A stretch of DNA of 64,000 bases from Octopus sinensis (GCF_006345805.1 NC_043019.1:3348001-3412000); one strand, 5' to 3'. Positions 24,701-37,454 are shown, numbered from the stretch's first letter. A program made the numbers and translations. The notes: a model not told the origin generated them from the letters alone.

Positions 24701-26761
24701 GCGGCTCAGTGGTTACCGATGATGTTGACTTGTTCTTCTTTTCGGATTATGGCTGCTGTTGCTTAGTGAGTGGGATTGACTCTGTGCACAGCCTTTCCTC
24801 ACTTTAAAAAAAATCTCCTTGCACAAGCATTGCACGATAACAACATTATTGTTCATGATTGTTGATGGTGCTGTGAGTCTCAACTGAATGGCTGGCAGTA
24901 GCCTTAAAAAGCAAATAAAAGTCACATTCGATCACAACACCAATAATAATACTCGATAACGAGGGGGCAGCCAACATATATTTGTAGAGTGTGTGAGGGC
25001 CCAAAGTGTAGAAGAACAGTTCTTGGTAAATAGTTATTTCCTTTCATCTCTGTCGGTGTTTCTCAAATATCTTTTTTTACCTATGGAACCCTTTGGTTGC
25101 TGTTTTACTTAACTGGACCCTAATAAACGTTCAATGTTTAAAAAAAGTCCCATTCATCATGATCATCATCGTTTAACGTCCACTTTCCATGCTAGCATGG
25201 GTTGGATGGCTTGACTGAGGACTGGCAAGCCAGTTGGCTGCATCAGGCTCCAATCTGATCTGGCAAGGTTTCTACAGCTGGATGCCCTTCCTAACGCCAA
25301 CCACTCCGAGAGTGTAGTGGGTGCTTTTTACGTGCCACCAGTAGAGGAGCCAGTCAGAAGACACTGGCATTGCCTACGTTCAGATGATACTTTTTATGTG
25401 CCACCAGCATGGGTGCCAGTCAGGGGGCACTGGCTTTGACCAGCCCAGCACCATACTAAAAGACACTTGCCCAAGATGTCACACAGATTCATCCCATGGC
25501 CACATATATGGTTAGGAAGCAAACTTGTTGACCACACACACACACAGTGCTTATCACAGTCCTGCACATACCTATTTCTTTACTACCCACAAGGGGCTAA
25601 ACACAGAGGGGACAAACAAGGACAGACAAAGGGATTAAGTCGATTACATCGACCCCAGTGCGTAACTGGTACTTAATTTATCGACCCCGAAAGGATGAAA
25701 GGCAAAGTCGACCTCGGCGGAATTTGAACTCAGAACCTAACGGCAGACGAAATACGGCTATGCATTTCGCCCGGCGTGCTAACGTTTCTGCCATCTCGCC
25801 ACCTTACAGCCCTGCACATACCATGGGCATCTCTCCTTTCGCTCACTAACATCAAAAATACAACACCAAAATCACAAATTATTCCTGTTACTTTATACTT
25901 GAACAACACTGGAAATAGCTTTAGTATGTGTTCGAAATAGCTTTAGTATAAATCAGCTGTACAGTTACTTTTAATCAGAAATTGTTCATTACTTAACCCT
26001 TTAGCATTCGAACTGGCCATATCTGGCCAAATAATTTGACCTGTTTTATATCGAAACTGACCAGATCTCGCCTCTCACCTCAGCCCTACCATGTCGTTCT
26101 AAAACTAAAAAAAATCACATCACTGAAATCTCTAAACGACAAGATAATGCATGATTAATTCAAACCATTTTTAAATAAACAAACATTACATTTGACAGAA
26201 TAATCTGAACACTAAAGGGTTAAATTAATTTTTATCTGTTTCTTTTTCATGCTCTGCTTAGAACCAACAAGAGAAAATCGACCAAATTGAAGAAAACCTT
26301 GAAACAGCTCACGACAATATCCAAGCAGGAGCAAAGAATCTTTCAAAGGTACCGGTTAATCCTAAACACTCATCCATTCGTTTTAAAATGTTGCATGTAA
26401 TCAGGATCAGGCCCTTGTTTTGAGGACTTCCAGAGTCATTTCAAGGTTGTCGCTCTTGTTGTACACAACGCTGACCATAGCAGCCAAGTAACTAGAAATG
26501 CATTCACCGTTCTGCCAGAGGGCGACCATGAAAAGTTTTACTCTTTTACTCTTTTACTTGTTTCAGTCATTTTTGACTGCGGCCATGCTGGAGCATCGCC
26601 TTTAATCGAGCAACTCGATCCCGGGACTTATTCTTTTGTAAGCCCAGTACTTATTCTATCGGTCCCTTTTGCCGAACCGCTAAGTGACGGGGACATAAAC
26701 ATACCAGCATCGGTGGTCAAGCAATGCTAGGGAGACAAACACAGACACACAAACACACACA

Positions 26762-26798
<37 letters not shown>

Positions 26799-27629
26799 GA
26801 TGGGCTTCTTTCAGTTTCCGTCTACCAAATCCACTCACAAGGCTTTGGTCGGCCCGAGGCTATAGTAGAAGACACTTGCCCAAGGTGCCACGCAGTGGGA
26901 CTGAACCCGGAACCATGTGGTTGGTAAACAAGCTACTTACCACACAGCCACTCCTGCGTTTTAACACTTATTGCCTAAAGCATCAGTTTTTCTCAGTGGC
27001 AAAACAGCAGTCGATATTGCCTTTTTACTGGCCAAATATGTCCCAAAAATATTTGGACAAATCTTAATGGTTGTTTACCCACAACAAGCTTTTGTGTGCC
27101 TGTAAATGGATTTAGTAAACATGTGACACCAGCACAGGTTCTCTTTACATGGTGCCCCTTACGTGGCACTGGCATGAGTGCTTTACATGTGGTGCCTGCA
27201 TGGTTTCTGTCATGTGGTGCCAGAACAGATGTTGTTTTACACGGAGCCAACATGGATGCTCCTTATTCCGCACTGGCACAGGTGCCTCTTATGTGGTGCC
27301 CACATGGGTGCTTTTTATATGATGTTGTACATGGCATCGACGTGGGTGCTCCTCTATATGGCACCAGCGCAGGTGTTTTTATGTGGAATCAGCACATACG
27401 TATGTGTATGTATATATATGTGTGTGTGTGTCTGTGTTTGTCCCCCCAACATCGCTTGACAACCGATGCTGGTGTGTGGTAAGTAGCTTGCTAACCAACC
27501 GCATGGTTCCGGGTTCAGTCCCACTGCGTGGCATCTTGGGCAAGTGCCTTCTGCTATAGCCCCGGGCCAACCAAAGCCTTGTGAGTGGATTTGGTAGATG
27601 GAAACTGAAAGAAGCCTGTCGTATATATG

Positions 27630-27662
<33 letters not shown>

Positions 27663-29610
27663 ATATGTTTGTGTGTCTGTGTTTGTCCCTCTAGCATTGT
27701 TTGACAACCAATGCTGGTGTGTTTACATCCCCGTAACTTAGCAGTTCGGCAAAAGAGACCGATAGAATTACTACTGGGCTTACAAAGAATAAGTCCTGGG
27801 GTCGATTTGCTCGACTAAAGGTGGTGCTCCAGCATGGCCGCAGTCAAATGACCGAAGCAAGTCAAAGAGTTAAAAAAGAGTATAGAACCATGCAGTCCTG
27901 AAAGGAACCCTTAACTTCTTACCCAACCACACAACCATTCCTCTGTGGCTGCGACATGTCTATGTTCTGAAATATTTTGCCTGTATGCAGAAACCTATTT
28001 CTTTATTGCCCACAAGGGGCTAAAAATGGAGGGGACCAACAAGGACAGACAAAGGGATTAAGTCGATTATATCGACCGCAGTGCGTAACTGGTACTTCAT
28101 TTAATCGACCCAGAAAGGATGACAGGCAAAGTCAACCTCGGCGGAATTTGAACTCAGAATGTAATGGCAGACGAAATACCGCTAAGCATTTCGCCCGGCA
28201 CGCTAACTATATCCTCTTCCTCATCATCATCAATTATAGGATGACCCCTACAGAATTTAATATAGAATTCAATGTACTTACAATGTCTATATTAATTTCA
28301 TTACTAGAAGTGAAAAATGGTTTTAATAGTTCTTATATCCTTGATGTCATAATTTGAAGATGAAATTCCATAAACTACATTTTTCATACATTTCGTATAT
28401 GTGTATATGTGTGGGTGTGTATTTTTTGTTGTCCCTTGCCACCACTTGACAACCGGTGTTGGTGTGTTTACATCCCAATAACTTTGCAGAAACCTGTTAT
28501 CTCATCATACGTTCTTATTGTATTTCATTTTATTCCTTGCAGAGTGCTAAAATAAAAACTGCCATGATACCTTTAGCTGGAGCAATAGTCGGCGGTATTG
28601 TCGGTGGACCCATTGGATTTGTAGCTTGTGCTAAGCTTGGTGGTGTAGCTGCTGCAATGGGAGGTGGACTGATTGGTAAGTACCATAACAGTTAAAGACT
28701 ATCCAAACCATTACTCACAGACACACTTCAACTTTTGGCCCTTAGTGGGGCTGTCATTTTCTTTCCTTCCCAAAAAGAAAGGCTCTATTTTGTATTTCGT
28801 CCCCTCTGTGTTTGGCCCTGTGTGGCCAATAAAGAAACAAAAGATACAAGGCACACTTTCAACTATATGGAAAAGATATCGTCTATCTTGCTATCTTTTA
28901 CTTGTTTCAGTCATTGGACTGCGGCCATGCTGGGGCACTGCCTTGAAGAACTTTTACTTGAATGGATTGACCCCAGTACTTTTTTCTTTTAAGCCTGGTA
29001 CTTATTCTATCGAACCCTTTTGCTGAACTGCTAAGTTACAGGGAAGTAAACACACCAACACTGGTGATCAAGTAATGATGGGGGGGGGGGCACAGACAGA
29101 CAGACACATACACACACACACCATCATCATCATTTAGCATCTGCTTTCCTTGCTGGCATGGGTTGGACAGTTTGAATGAAACTGGTAAGCTGGAGAGCTG
29201 CACCAGGTTCCAAATCTGATTTGGCCTGGTTTCTAAGGCTGGATGTCTTTCCTAATGCCAACCACACCAAGAATATAATGGGTGCTTTTTATGCGCCACC
29301 GGCACAAGTGCCAGTTACGTGACACTGGCATTGGTCACAACTATGATTTCACTTGGCTTGATGAGTCTTCTCAAGCACAACACATCGCCAATTCTCTTTT
29401 ACTCTTTTACTTGTTTCAGTCATTTGACTGTGGCCATGCTGGAGCACTGCCTTCAGTCGAGCAAATTGACCCCGGGACTTATTCTTTGTAAGCCCAGTAC
29501 TTATTCTATCGATCTCTTTTTGCCGAACCGCTAAGTGACGGAGACGTAAACACACCAGCATCGGTTGTCAAGCGATGGTGTGGGAGACAAACACAGACAC
29601 ACAAACATAT

Positions 29611-29641
<31 letters not shown>

Positions 29642-30080
29642 CATATATTCGACAGGCTTCTTTCAGTTTCCGTCTACCAAATCCACTCACAAGGTATTGG
29701 TCAGCCCGAGGCTATAGCAGAAGACACTTGCCCAAGATGCCACACAGTGGGACTGAACCCGGAACCATGTGGTTGGTAAGCAAGCTACTTACCACACAGC
29801 CACTCCTACGCCTATGTTTATATTAATTTCATTGCTAGAAATGAAAAATGATTTTAATAGTTCTTCTTAATTTCTTGATGTCATAATTTGAAGATGAAAT
29901 TCCATTAATTATCTTCAATGTTTTTCTTACTTTTTTCCTTTAGGTTTTGTTGGTGGCAAAATATTGAAAAGACGACGGCAAAGTGTGGCAGAGATGGAAA
30001 TGAATAACCTGAGCAAGAAAGGGTCGGTATCGCTACCTGATCTATCTGCAGTTAAAGAAGAAGCTAATCTCAAGGCTTAA
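13671..30080 (+). CDS. STX17: Syntaxin-17, spliced CDS join(13671..13814,18799..19030,19749..19948,21536..21586,26262..26348,28543..28675,29944..30080); 984 nt, 327 aa
   Basis: Exons join in frame with GT-AG ends. Recognisable STX17 motifs: KFLKVLEIDLGRLHQHRRNIEK, EQVNAGRTVQQIKANIKELEK, VPQDSQAAESWQNL, SNARE NQQEKIDQIEENL, glycine-rich tandem TM hairpin PLAGAIVGGIVGGPIG...GGGLIGFVGG, basic tail KRRR. A non-coding 5' exon is implied by an acceptor upstream of the ATG but was not located. Confidence 0.95.
14037..15255 (-). repeat. Tandem array of ~7.7 x 157-bp units derived from the SINE-A 5' half (tRNA-like head)
   Basis: Marker ccaaatccact recurs near 14186, 14343, 14500, 14657, 14815, 14972, 15129. 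Confidence 0.95.
17645..18705 (-). mobile_element. 5'-truncated R4/Dong-like non-LTR retrotransposon with restriction-like endonuclease
   Basis: KPLHGKY, ETEGFLIAAQDQSLPTRNY, CRICGDGQETINH zinc knuckle, ANRPDIVV...FLIDVSIP (PD..D RLE), KYKDL-like motif; one frameshift; (TAA)n at both ends. Confidence 0.85.
18799..19030 (+). CDS. STX17: STX17 coding exon 2 (YSRLDD...EEESD)
   Basis: ttcag| acceptor; G|gtcagt donor; phase 0 to 1. Confidence 0.93.
19066..19448. repeat. Fold-back of two SINE-A 3' halves (arms 19066-19216 and 19297-19448)
   Basis: The first arm is the reverse complement of the second. Confidence 0.9.
19749..19948 (+). CDS. STX17: STX17 coding exon 3 (AEVCDS...WQNLKE)
   Basis: cctcag| acceptor after long CT tract; GAA|gtaagt donor; phase 1 to 0. 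Confidence 0.9.
19998..20710. repeat. Degenerate 25-bp minisatellite with palindromic core tgaacatgttca
   Basis: Core recurs at multiples of 25 bp; ~90-bp block duplicated at a 386-bp offset. Confidence 0.9.
21172..21366. mobile_element. Tc1/mariner-type MITE, 26-bp perfect TIR, TA TSD
   Basis: TA|cagggtgtccacaaagtctgggtaca ... tgtacccagactttgtggacaccctg|TA. Confidence 0.9.
21536..21586 (+). CDS. STX17: STX17 coding exon 4 (NLVDLNQMVHDFSSLVE)
   Basis: tttcag| and GAG|gtatgt; matches the start of the SNARE motif. Confidence 0.92.
24385..24760 (+). mobile_element. Probable RTE LINE 5'UTR-like fragment
   Basis: GC-richer island with gggcatccttctaggagaagg motif resembling RTE 5' ends; recognition only. 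Confidence 0.35.
25997..26219. mobile_element. piggyBac-like MITE just upstream of STX17 exon 5
   Basis: TTAA|ccctttag ... ctaaaggg|TTAA; partial copies near 30660-30890, 49545-49750, 53270-53425. Confidence 0.8.
26262..26348 (+). CDS. STX17: STX17 coding exon 5 (NQQEKIDQIEENLETAHDNIQAGAKNLSK)
   Basis: cttag| and AAG|gtaccg; Q-SNARE core. Confidence 0.93.
28543..28675 (+). CDS. STX17: STX17 coding exon 6 (tandem transmembrane hairpin)
   Basis: ttgcag| and G|gtaagt; glycine-zipper TM segments. Confidence 0.95.
29944..30080 (+). CDS. STX17: STX17 coding exon 7 (GFVGGKILKRRR...NLKA*)
   Basis: tttag| acceptor; TAA stop at 30078-30080; AATAAA at 30230-30235. Confidence 0.93.
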
Positions 30081-30229
30081 CTAATAGCTTTGACGAGCGA
30101 GCTTTTCATTTCTTACCTCCAAAGCCAATTACCATTCCGCAAACATTAGGAAGAATACAGACAACCTTTGTATTCTTGAACTAACTTTGGCATGCTTTCT
30201 AATCAACTGAACCTAATTCCAAAGACAAG

Positions 30230-30235
30230 AATAAA
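30230..30235 (+). terminator. Candidate STX17 polyadenylation signal
   Basis: AATAAA 150 nt after the stop codon. Confidence 0.45.
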
Positions 30236-31425
30236 AAAGAAAAAAGGAAACAAAACACAACAAAAATCACACAACCCCCCCCCCCCACCAAAACAAAACA
30301 AAACCAACAAATTATTTTGAAGCAGAGGGCAATTATAATTTGGATGTCTAAAACTAATTTTACCATTTACTGAAATGCTGTTTATTGAATGGCCATTTCA
30401 GCCAGAATTATTCAATGGTTTTCCGTAATCTTTACATTTGGAATGTAAATATTGCTGTCACTGGAACATCCAGATTCCTTTGTTGAATTTATACCTTAAT
30501 AATCGCCATATGTTTTCTCAAAAGATACATAGCATTAATGGTCATTTTTCCACCGCCACCATCACCACCACCTCCACCACCACCTCTGTAACTAACCACA
30601 CTCACACAAACATGACTGATAAAACTTATTAAAAAAAACAACAAAAAAACATTTGTATTACTTTTAGCCCCTTAGAATTCAGCTTACCCTGTCTAATGTA
30701 ATGCTTATTTATTCTCATTGTTTTGGATCAATAATGCATTGTCTTGTAACCATGAGATTCCGACGATATAACTGTTTCTTTTTTCGATGATATTGTAGGT
30801 TAGGTGTGAGAGGCTGGATCTAGCCAGTTTGACCATAAAACATGTAGACTGTTAGGATCAGATATGGTTAGTTTAAATGTTATAGGATTAAACGGGTCAC
30901 TGGTATAAAGGAAGAATTTGCTGTCAAGTCTCAGTTATAGAAGCTCTCCTACAGAATTTAATATAGAATTCAATACACTTACAATGTTTGTATTAATTTC
31001 ATTGCTAGAGTTGAAAAATGGTTTAAGATCTACATCAGCCCTAAGACAGCAAGCTGCCAGAATCATTAGCCTGCTAGGCAAAATGGTTAGCACCATTTCG
31101 TCCGTCTTTGCATTCTGAATTCAAATGCCACCAGGGTTGACTTTGCCCTCAATTACATTACAGAACTGGTGAGAATACTGGTTTCAAATTTTGGCACGAG
31201 GCTAGCATTTTCAGATTGGATACGATTAGGGTTGGAGTTATTGATTACATTGACCTCCAGCACTCAACTGCTAGTTATTTTATCAACCCCCGAGAGGATG
31301 AAAGCAAGGTCCACCCTCGGCAGAATTTGAACTCAGAATGTGAAAAGCGGATGAAATGCCACTAAGCATTTTACTTGTCATACTGACAATTCTACCAGCT
31401 TACCATCCAAATAATAATAATAAGG

Positions 31426-31696
31426 ATTCTATTGTGTCTGGAGAGAGTCATTTTCTTTTTGTGCCTTATTATTTAACAAACTCACCGGTAAACTTTCCAT
31501 GTTTTTCTTATTTTTATTGTCTTAAAATTTTCGTTGCGTCTCGCAACCTTTTCAATAACGGACAGAGTCAAAACTATTGAAAAGGTTGTAAGACGCAACG
31601 AAAATTTTAAGACAATAAAAATAAGAAATTTTACCAGTGATTGTGTTACATAATAAGGCACAAAAAGAAAATGACTCTCCCCAGACACAACAGAAT
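31426..31696. mobile_element. Fold-back element/MITE, ~120-bp arms, 17-nt loop
   Basis: 31426-31557 is the reverse complement of 31575-31696 with few mismatches and one indel. Confidence 0.85.
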
Positions 31697-32691
31697 ATGC
31701 TGCTTCAACACACGAACTCATATAAAGAATCTTGCAAACCAAATCCAAAAACGAAAAATAATAATAATAATAATAATAACAATAATAATAATGTTGTTTG
31801 TTTTGCAACTAACATTTGCATGTTTAATGTTGTTTTTATGCTTCTTTTTATTTCATCTTTTAGCAAAGTCAGCCCTTGCTAAGCTTCATATCAATGCCGG
31901 GTTTATTGTTCATTGGCTTGTCAGTAACAGCTGCTTCTTGCTAGCTTAGATTTTATTTTCATCCATCCCAGCTTTCTTGCTTCTACAAATCAAATGATGG
32001 TGTCTTGCTGTCACTACCACCACCACCACCACTACTACTACTGCTAGTGTTTTCAATATGTAAATGTAAAAGGGTGAATCATATAAGAGTCACAATACTT
32101 CCTGAGTCAGCCTTGTATGTGATTCTGTACATACAAAGAGTGTGAATAGAACTCAAGTGTGCAAAAGTAGAGTCTATATATATTTTTCTTATTTTATTTA
32201 AATGTAAAGCTACATGAGTGATTTGCAGACTGGGAATTTTATTCATTGCACTTAGCAAACTATATATATATATATGTGTGTGTGTATATATATGCAAATA
32301 TATATATAGCTAAATTTGGAAATAGCTAAATTTTTTGGCTGCTATTTCTAAAAGTTTGGTGTGTGGTAATTTTTTTTGCTGAACCCTAATTATATAAATA
32401 ATATATGTGTGTGTGTGTGTGTTATTGTGTATAAACAATTTAAGTATTTATACACGAAAGAGGTGACCTTTTGGCAGGACACCTTACATGCTAAAGAGGG
32501 CAGTTAAAGCCCACACCACAAATAAAAGCAATTACAAAGGGAATGAAAATAAAAAGATATTTTTCTAGTTAAATACTTAAATTGTTTATACACTATTATA
32601 TATGAAAATGTGTTGTCTATTGATATTATTAAGCATTCTAGCCGCTGATATGAAAATTTTTCTAAATTTTCTACCCTTATTATTTTCACAG

Positions 32692-32734
<43 letters not shown>

Positions 32735-32965
32735 ATATGCAACACGTGTGTATCGTTGGCAATTTTTTTTTTCCTCCGTCTTCCCTTCCTTGGATCTTTC
32801 CTTTTCTTATGTTTCTGATGAAGAGCTCCGCTGGAAATGTTAAAATCGTCCTTCTTTCTTTCCTTTCCTGAGCGTCCAATAACACTATACATGTTCCATG
32901 TCCTCGCGTTGTTGTGTTTTCTCTTTGTGTTTTCATGTTTGGATTAACTTTATATATATGCAAAT
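32735..32965 (+). mobile_element. Penelope-like repeat fragment between (TA)n tracts, with hammerhead-like core
   Basis: ctgatgaagagctccgctggaaatgtt at 32815-32841. Confidence 0.5.
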
Positions 32966-33072
32966 ATATACAATATATATATATGTATACATATATTATA
33001 TATGTATGTATATATATATATGCAAATATATACAAATATATATATGTATACATATATATATATATATATATC

Positions 33073-33134
<62 letters not shown>

Positions 33135-33318
33135 GAAATATATATATATATATATTGTATATATATGAAATATATATGTATATATATGAAATATATATGT
33201 ATATATATGAAATATATATGTATATATATGAAAATATATTGTATATATATGAAATATATGTATATATATGAAATATATATGTATATATATGAAATATATA
33301 TGTATATATACAAACATA

Positions 33319-33355
<37 letters not shown>
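32950..33355. repeat. (TA)n-rich low-complexity tract with ~21-nt gaaatatatatgtatatatat subrepeats
   Basis: Direct inspection. Confidence 0.95.
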
Positions 33356-33356
<1 letters not shown>

Positions 33357-33445
33357 AAAGCAGACACTGGGACACTATGTCATCCTTGACTCATCTGTTC
33401 TTTGTCAAATTCTTCAATCCATGCTAGCATGGAACATGGATATTA

Positions 33446-33477
<32 letters not shown>

Positions 33478-34707
33478 CAATAATAATGATATATGTCTGT
33501 ATGTATGTGTGAGTGCATATATTTTTATATCTCTTGTTCCATGCTAACATGGTATGGACGGGAATTCTTAGGGCAATATGGTAATGAATGGATGCCCTTC
33601 CTAGCAGCAACCCTTTTTTGTTACCTAATACAATACATTGTGATACATTCTAAAGGCCAGTATATACACACTATTCTATCTATTTTCGTATTTATTTATT
33701 TACCTATCTCTCTACCTGTCTGTCTGTCTGTCTATGCTTGAGATACCGTTTTTTTTTTCTTATGAATTTCAATCAATAATTCAAAAGCAAAACTATTTTT
33801 TGATTTGTGGAAAGTTAAAATACTATTTGAATGAGGATGACAACTTTTAGGTCAAGTTTATTTCTTCTACCAAACCTTAGTCACAGACTAAGTTATTTTA
33901 CTAAATTCTTTGTTATATTTAAAAGTAATTGAAAGAAACACAGCGTCTCAAAATAAACACAGTAACGAAAGGGTTAGGCCCATAAATTTGAATGGGACAG
34001 TCCATTAAATCAACCCTAGTAATTGATAGGTGTTTTATGCACAGAAGGCGGCGAGCTGGCAGAATCGTTAGCACGCCGGGCGAAATGCTTAGCAGTATTT
34101 CGTCTACTGTTACATTCTGAGTTCAAATTCCGCTGAGGTCAACTTTGGCTTTCAACCTTTCGGGGTCGATAAATTAAGTACCAGTTACGCACTGGGGTTG
34201 ATATAATCGACTTAACCCGTTTGTCTGTCCTTGTTTGCCCCCTCTGTGTTTAGCCCCTTGTAGGTAGTAAAGAAATGGGTATTTCGTCTGCCGCTATATT
34301 CTGAGTTTAAATTCCACCGAGGTCAACTTTGCCTTTCATCCTTTCGGGGTTGATTAAATAAGTACCAGTTACGCACTGGAGTTGGTATAATCGATTTAAT
34401 CCATTTGTCTGTCCTTGTTTGTCTCCTCTGTGTTTAGCCCCTTGTGGATAGTAAAGAAATAGGTGTTTTATGCATAGAAGGAAACCAAATCAGTGAGCTG
34501 ATTTCAATCTCTCTTCAAAGCCTGTTCATTTAAATCCCTCTGCTGCTAAGGAATGAGTATCACTCAGTCTTATCTCTTTTCTCTCCCCTTGAGGTACACT
34601 CCAATTACTTCTACTCACCCTTATATAATGCGAGGTAGCCATGTATCAAGAATTTGTTCCTACCCCTACTTTTAAAATTTAACCTTTCAATACCTAACAC
34701 AAGTGAA

Positions 34708-35045
34708 GGGACATGGCTCAATGGTTAGAGTGTCAGGCTTACAATCATGAGGTAGTGAGTTCAATTCTTGGACTGGGCTGTGTGCTGCGTTTCTTGAGCA
34801 AGACACTTTATTTCACATTGTTCCAGTTCATGCAGCTGTAGAAATGAGTTGCGACATCACTGGTGCCAAGCTGTATTGGTCTTTGCCTTTCCGTTGGATA
34901 ACATTGGTGTTTTGGGGAGAGGAGCCTGGTTTGCATAGGTGATATCTGGTCATCCATAAACAACCTTACCTGGACTCGTGCCTTGGAGGGGAACTTTCTT
35001 GGTGCAATCCCATTGGTCATTCATGACTGAATGGAGTCTTTACCT
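34708..35045 (+). mobile_element. tRNA-derived SINE-G; related pieces at 40050-40200 and 58090-58160(-)
   Basis: A box tggctcaatggt, B box gagttcaattc, core ttgagcaagacacttta. Confidence 0.7.
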
Positions 35046-37454
35046 AGCATAAAGCTCGTTTCCTTCTCTACTATATTCCAACTCAGTCTAAGGCTCTCTT
35101 TATTCTTGCAAGTTACATGGCAACCTCACTAACGCTGGTGCAATGAAAAATGCACCCAGTACACTCTGTACAGCGATTGGTAGTTAGAAAAGCATCCAGC
35201 CATAGAAACCATACCAAAGCAGACATTGGAACATGGCACTGTCCTCTAACTCATTCGATCCTGTCGAACTAGCTACTTTTGTACTTACAGTGAAAGCTAT
35301 GTTTCACTAACAAGGTCAGAATAAGAACGGAAATATATCTTGAGTTGCCTCCCATTATTTCCAAAATAGTTGCAACACTGTTAATCATTAACTGGTATTG
35401 TTTCTTTTCTTCACTATTTAGATATTTGTAGTTAACACTTTCATATTTCCTCTCATTAAGTATATTAACACCAACTTCATCATCATCAAAGTTTTTAACG
35501 TCCGCTTTCCATGCTAGCATGGGTTGGACGGTTGAACTGGGGTCTGGGAAGCCCGAAGGCTGCACCAGGCCAGTCAGATCTGGCAGTGTTTCTACAGCTG
35601 GATGCCCTTCCTAACGCCAACCACTCCGTGAGTGTAGTGGGTGCTTTTTATGTGCCACCGACACAGGTGCCAGACGAGGCTGGCGAACGGCCACGCTCGG
35701 ATGGTGTTTTTTTTTGTGCCACCGACACAGGTGCTAGACGAGGCTGGCGAACAGCCACGCTCGGATGGTGTTTTTTACGTGCCACCGGCACGGAGGCCAG
35801 GCAAGACTGGCACGGCCACGATCGGATGGTGTTTGTTACGTGCCCACAGCACGGAGGCCAGTCGATGCGGTACTGGCTACTTAATTACTGATTTTCATAC
35901 AACTGGTGTGTCTGAGATATTCATTAATATCCTATAACAACCATCATGCACTCTTGTACATATACATAGTGAATCTCTCATCTCTACATTAGTGATGAAA
36001 GACAAGCATAAATATGGTGACATTTATGCTTTCCTGATGAGGTCATAATAGTGAAACATGTCCAGAGTTGTCTCCCATACTTGTTGAAGTAAATAAATAA
36101 TAGTCATTGACTGATAATGTTTGTCCCCACTAAAGGTGCACCATTTCTCTGTTGGGCATCCTATTAGTCATAAGTCTAATAGCTTTATTTCTTGAACTGC
36201 TGCTTTTTAGAACTGATTACCGTCACCTAATTTTCACCTGGTCTATGATATTCAGTCCTTTAAACTTTCTATCAATTGATATCTTGAATTTGTATGCTGC
36301 TTCTTTTCTTTTTCTTTTTTTTTTGTTGACCCCTACGCTACAAGGACCTAAAAAAAAAAAAAAGGTGGCGAGCTGGCAGAAACGTTAGCGCACTAGGCAA
36401 AATGCTTAGCAGTATTTCGTTTGCCCCTACGTTCTCAGTTCAAATTCTACCGAGGTCGACTTTGCCTTTCATCCTTTCAGGGTCGATAAATTAAGTACCA
36501 GTTACGCACTGGGGTCGATATAATCGACTTAATCCCTTTGTCTGTCCTTATTTGTCCTCTCTATGTTTAGCCCCTTTTGGGCAATAAAAATGATAATTAA
36601 AAAAAAATGATAATTATATTAGGTCTGAATACATACTAGTCAAAATTGCTTACTGTATGAACTGTAAGCACAAGTTATAGAGGGCAACAACTGGTAAGGG
36701 CCCAGGAAGTGTATCTATATGTGTGTATGTATGTATGGATGGATGGATGGATTGATTACTTTATTGGCCACACAGGGCTAAACACAGAGGAGACAAAATA
36801 CAAAGTAGAGCTTTTCTTTTTGGGAAGAAGAGAAGGGGGAAAGGGGGCGCAGATTCCAATCAAAAGGGATTGTGAAAAAAAGGTGGGGGGTATTCCGATC
36901 AAAAGGGATTGCCAAAAAAAAGATAGATAGATAAGCCTGTCATATATATGTATATATATCTATATGTGTGTGTGTGTGTTTGTCCCCCCCAACATCGCTT
37001 GATAACCGATGCTGGTGTGTTTACATCCCCGTAACTTAGCAGTTTGGCAAAAGAGACTGATAGAATAAGTACTAGGCTTACAAAGAATAAGTTCTGAGGT
37101 CGATGTGCTCGACTAAAGGCAGTGCTTCAGCATGGCTGCAGTCAAATGACTGAAACAAGTAAAAGAGTAAAGAGATAGATAAATGGGTAGATAAACAGAG
37201 GGATAGATGTATTTAAGAGAGCATGGGGTATATTCAGATTATGTTTTAGATAATAGTTACTTTATGATCTTGTTTTTTATGTAAAACACTGATAATGGTT
37301 TCTAATTTAGACAGAAGGTCAGCATTTTGTGTGGGGGTGGGGGTTGACGTCATTGACCCTCAGTCCTAGGCTGCGACTTGTATCAGAAATAACAATATTG
37401 ACAAATAATTTTGTTAGCTTTATGTCTATTTTTCTTTGCTGGTAGGGGTTAGAT

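Noticed and set aside
32898-33450. Long YI-rich ORFs
   Set aside because: (TA)n microsatellite translation.
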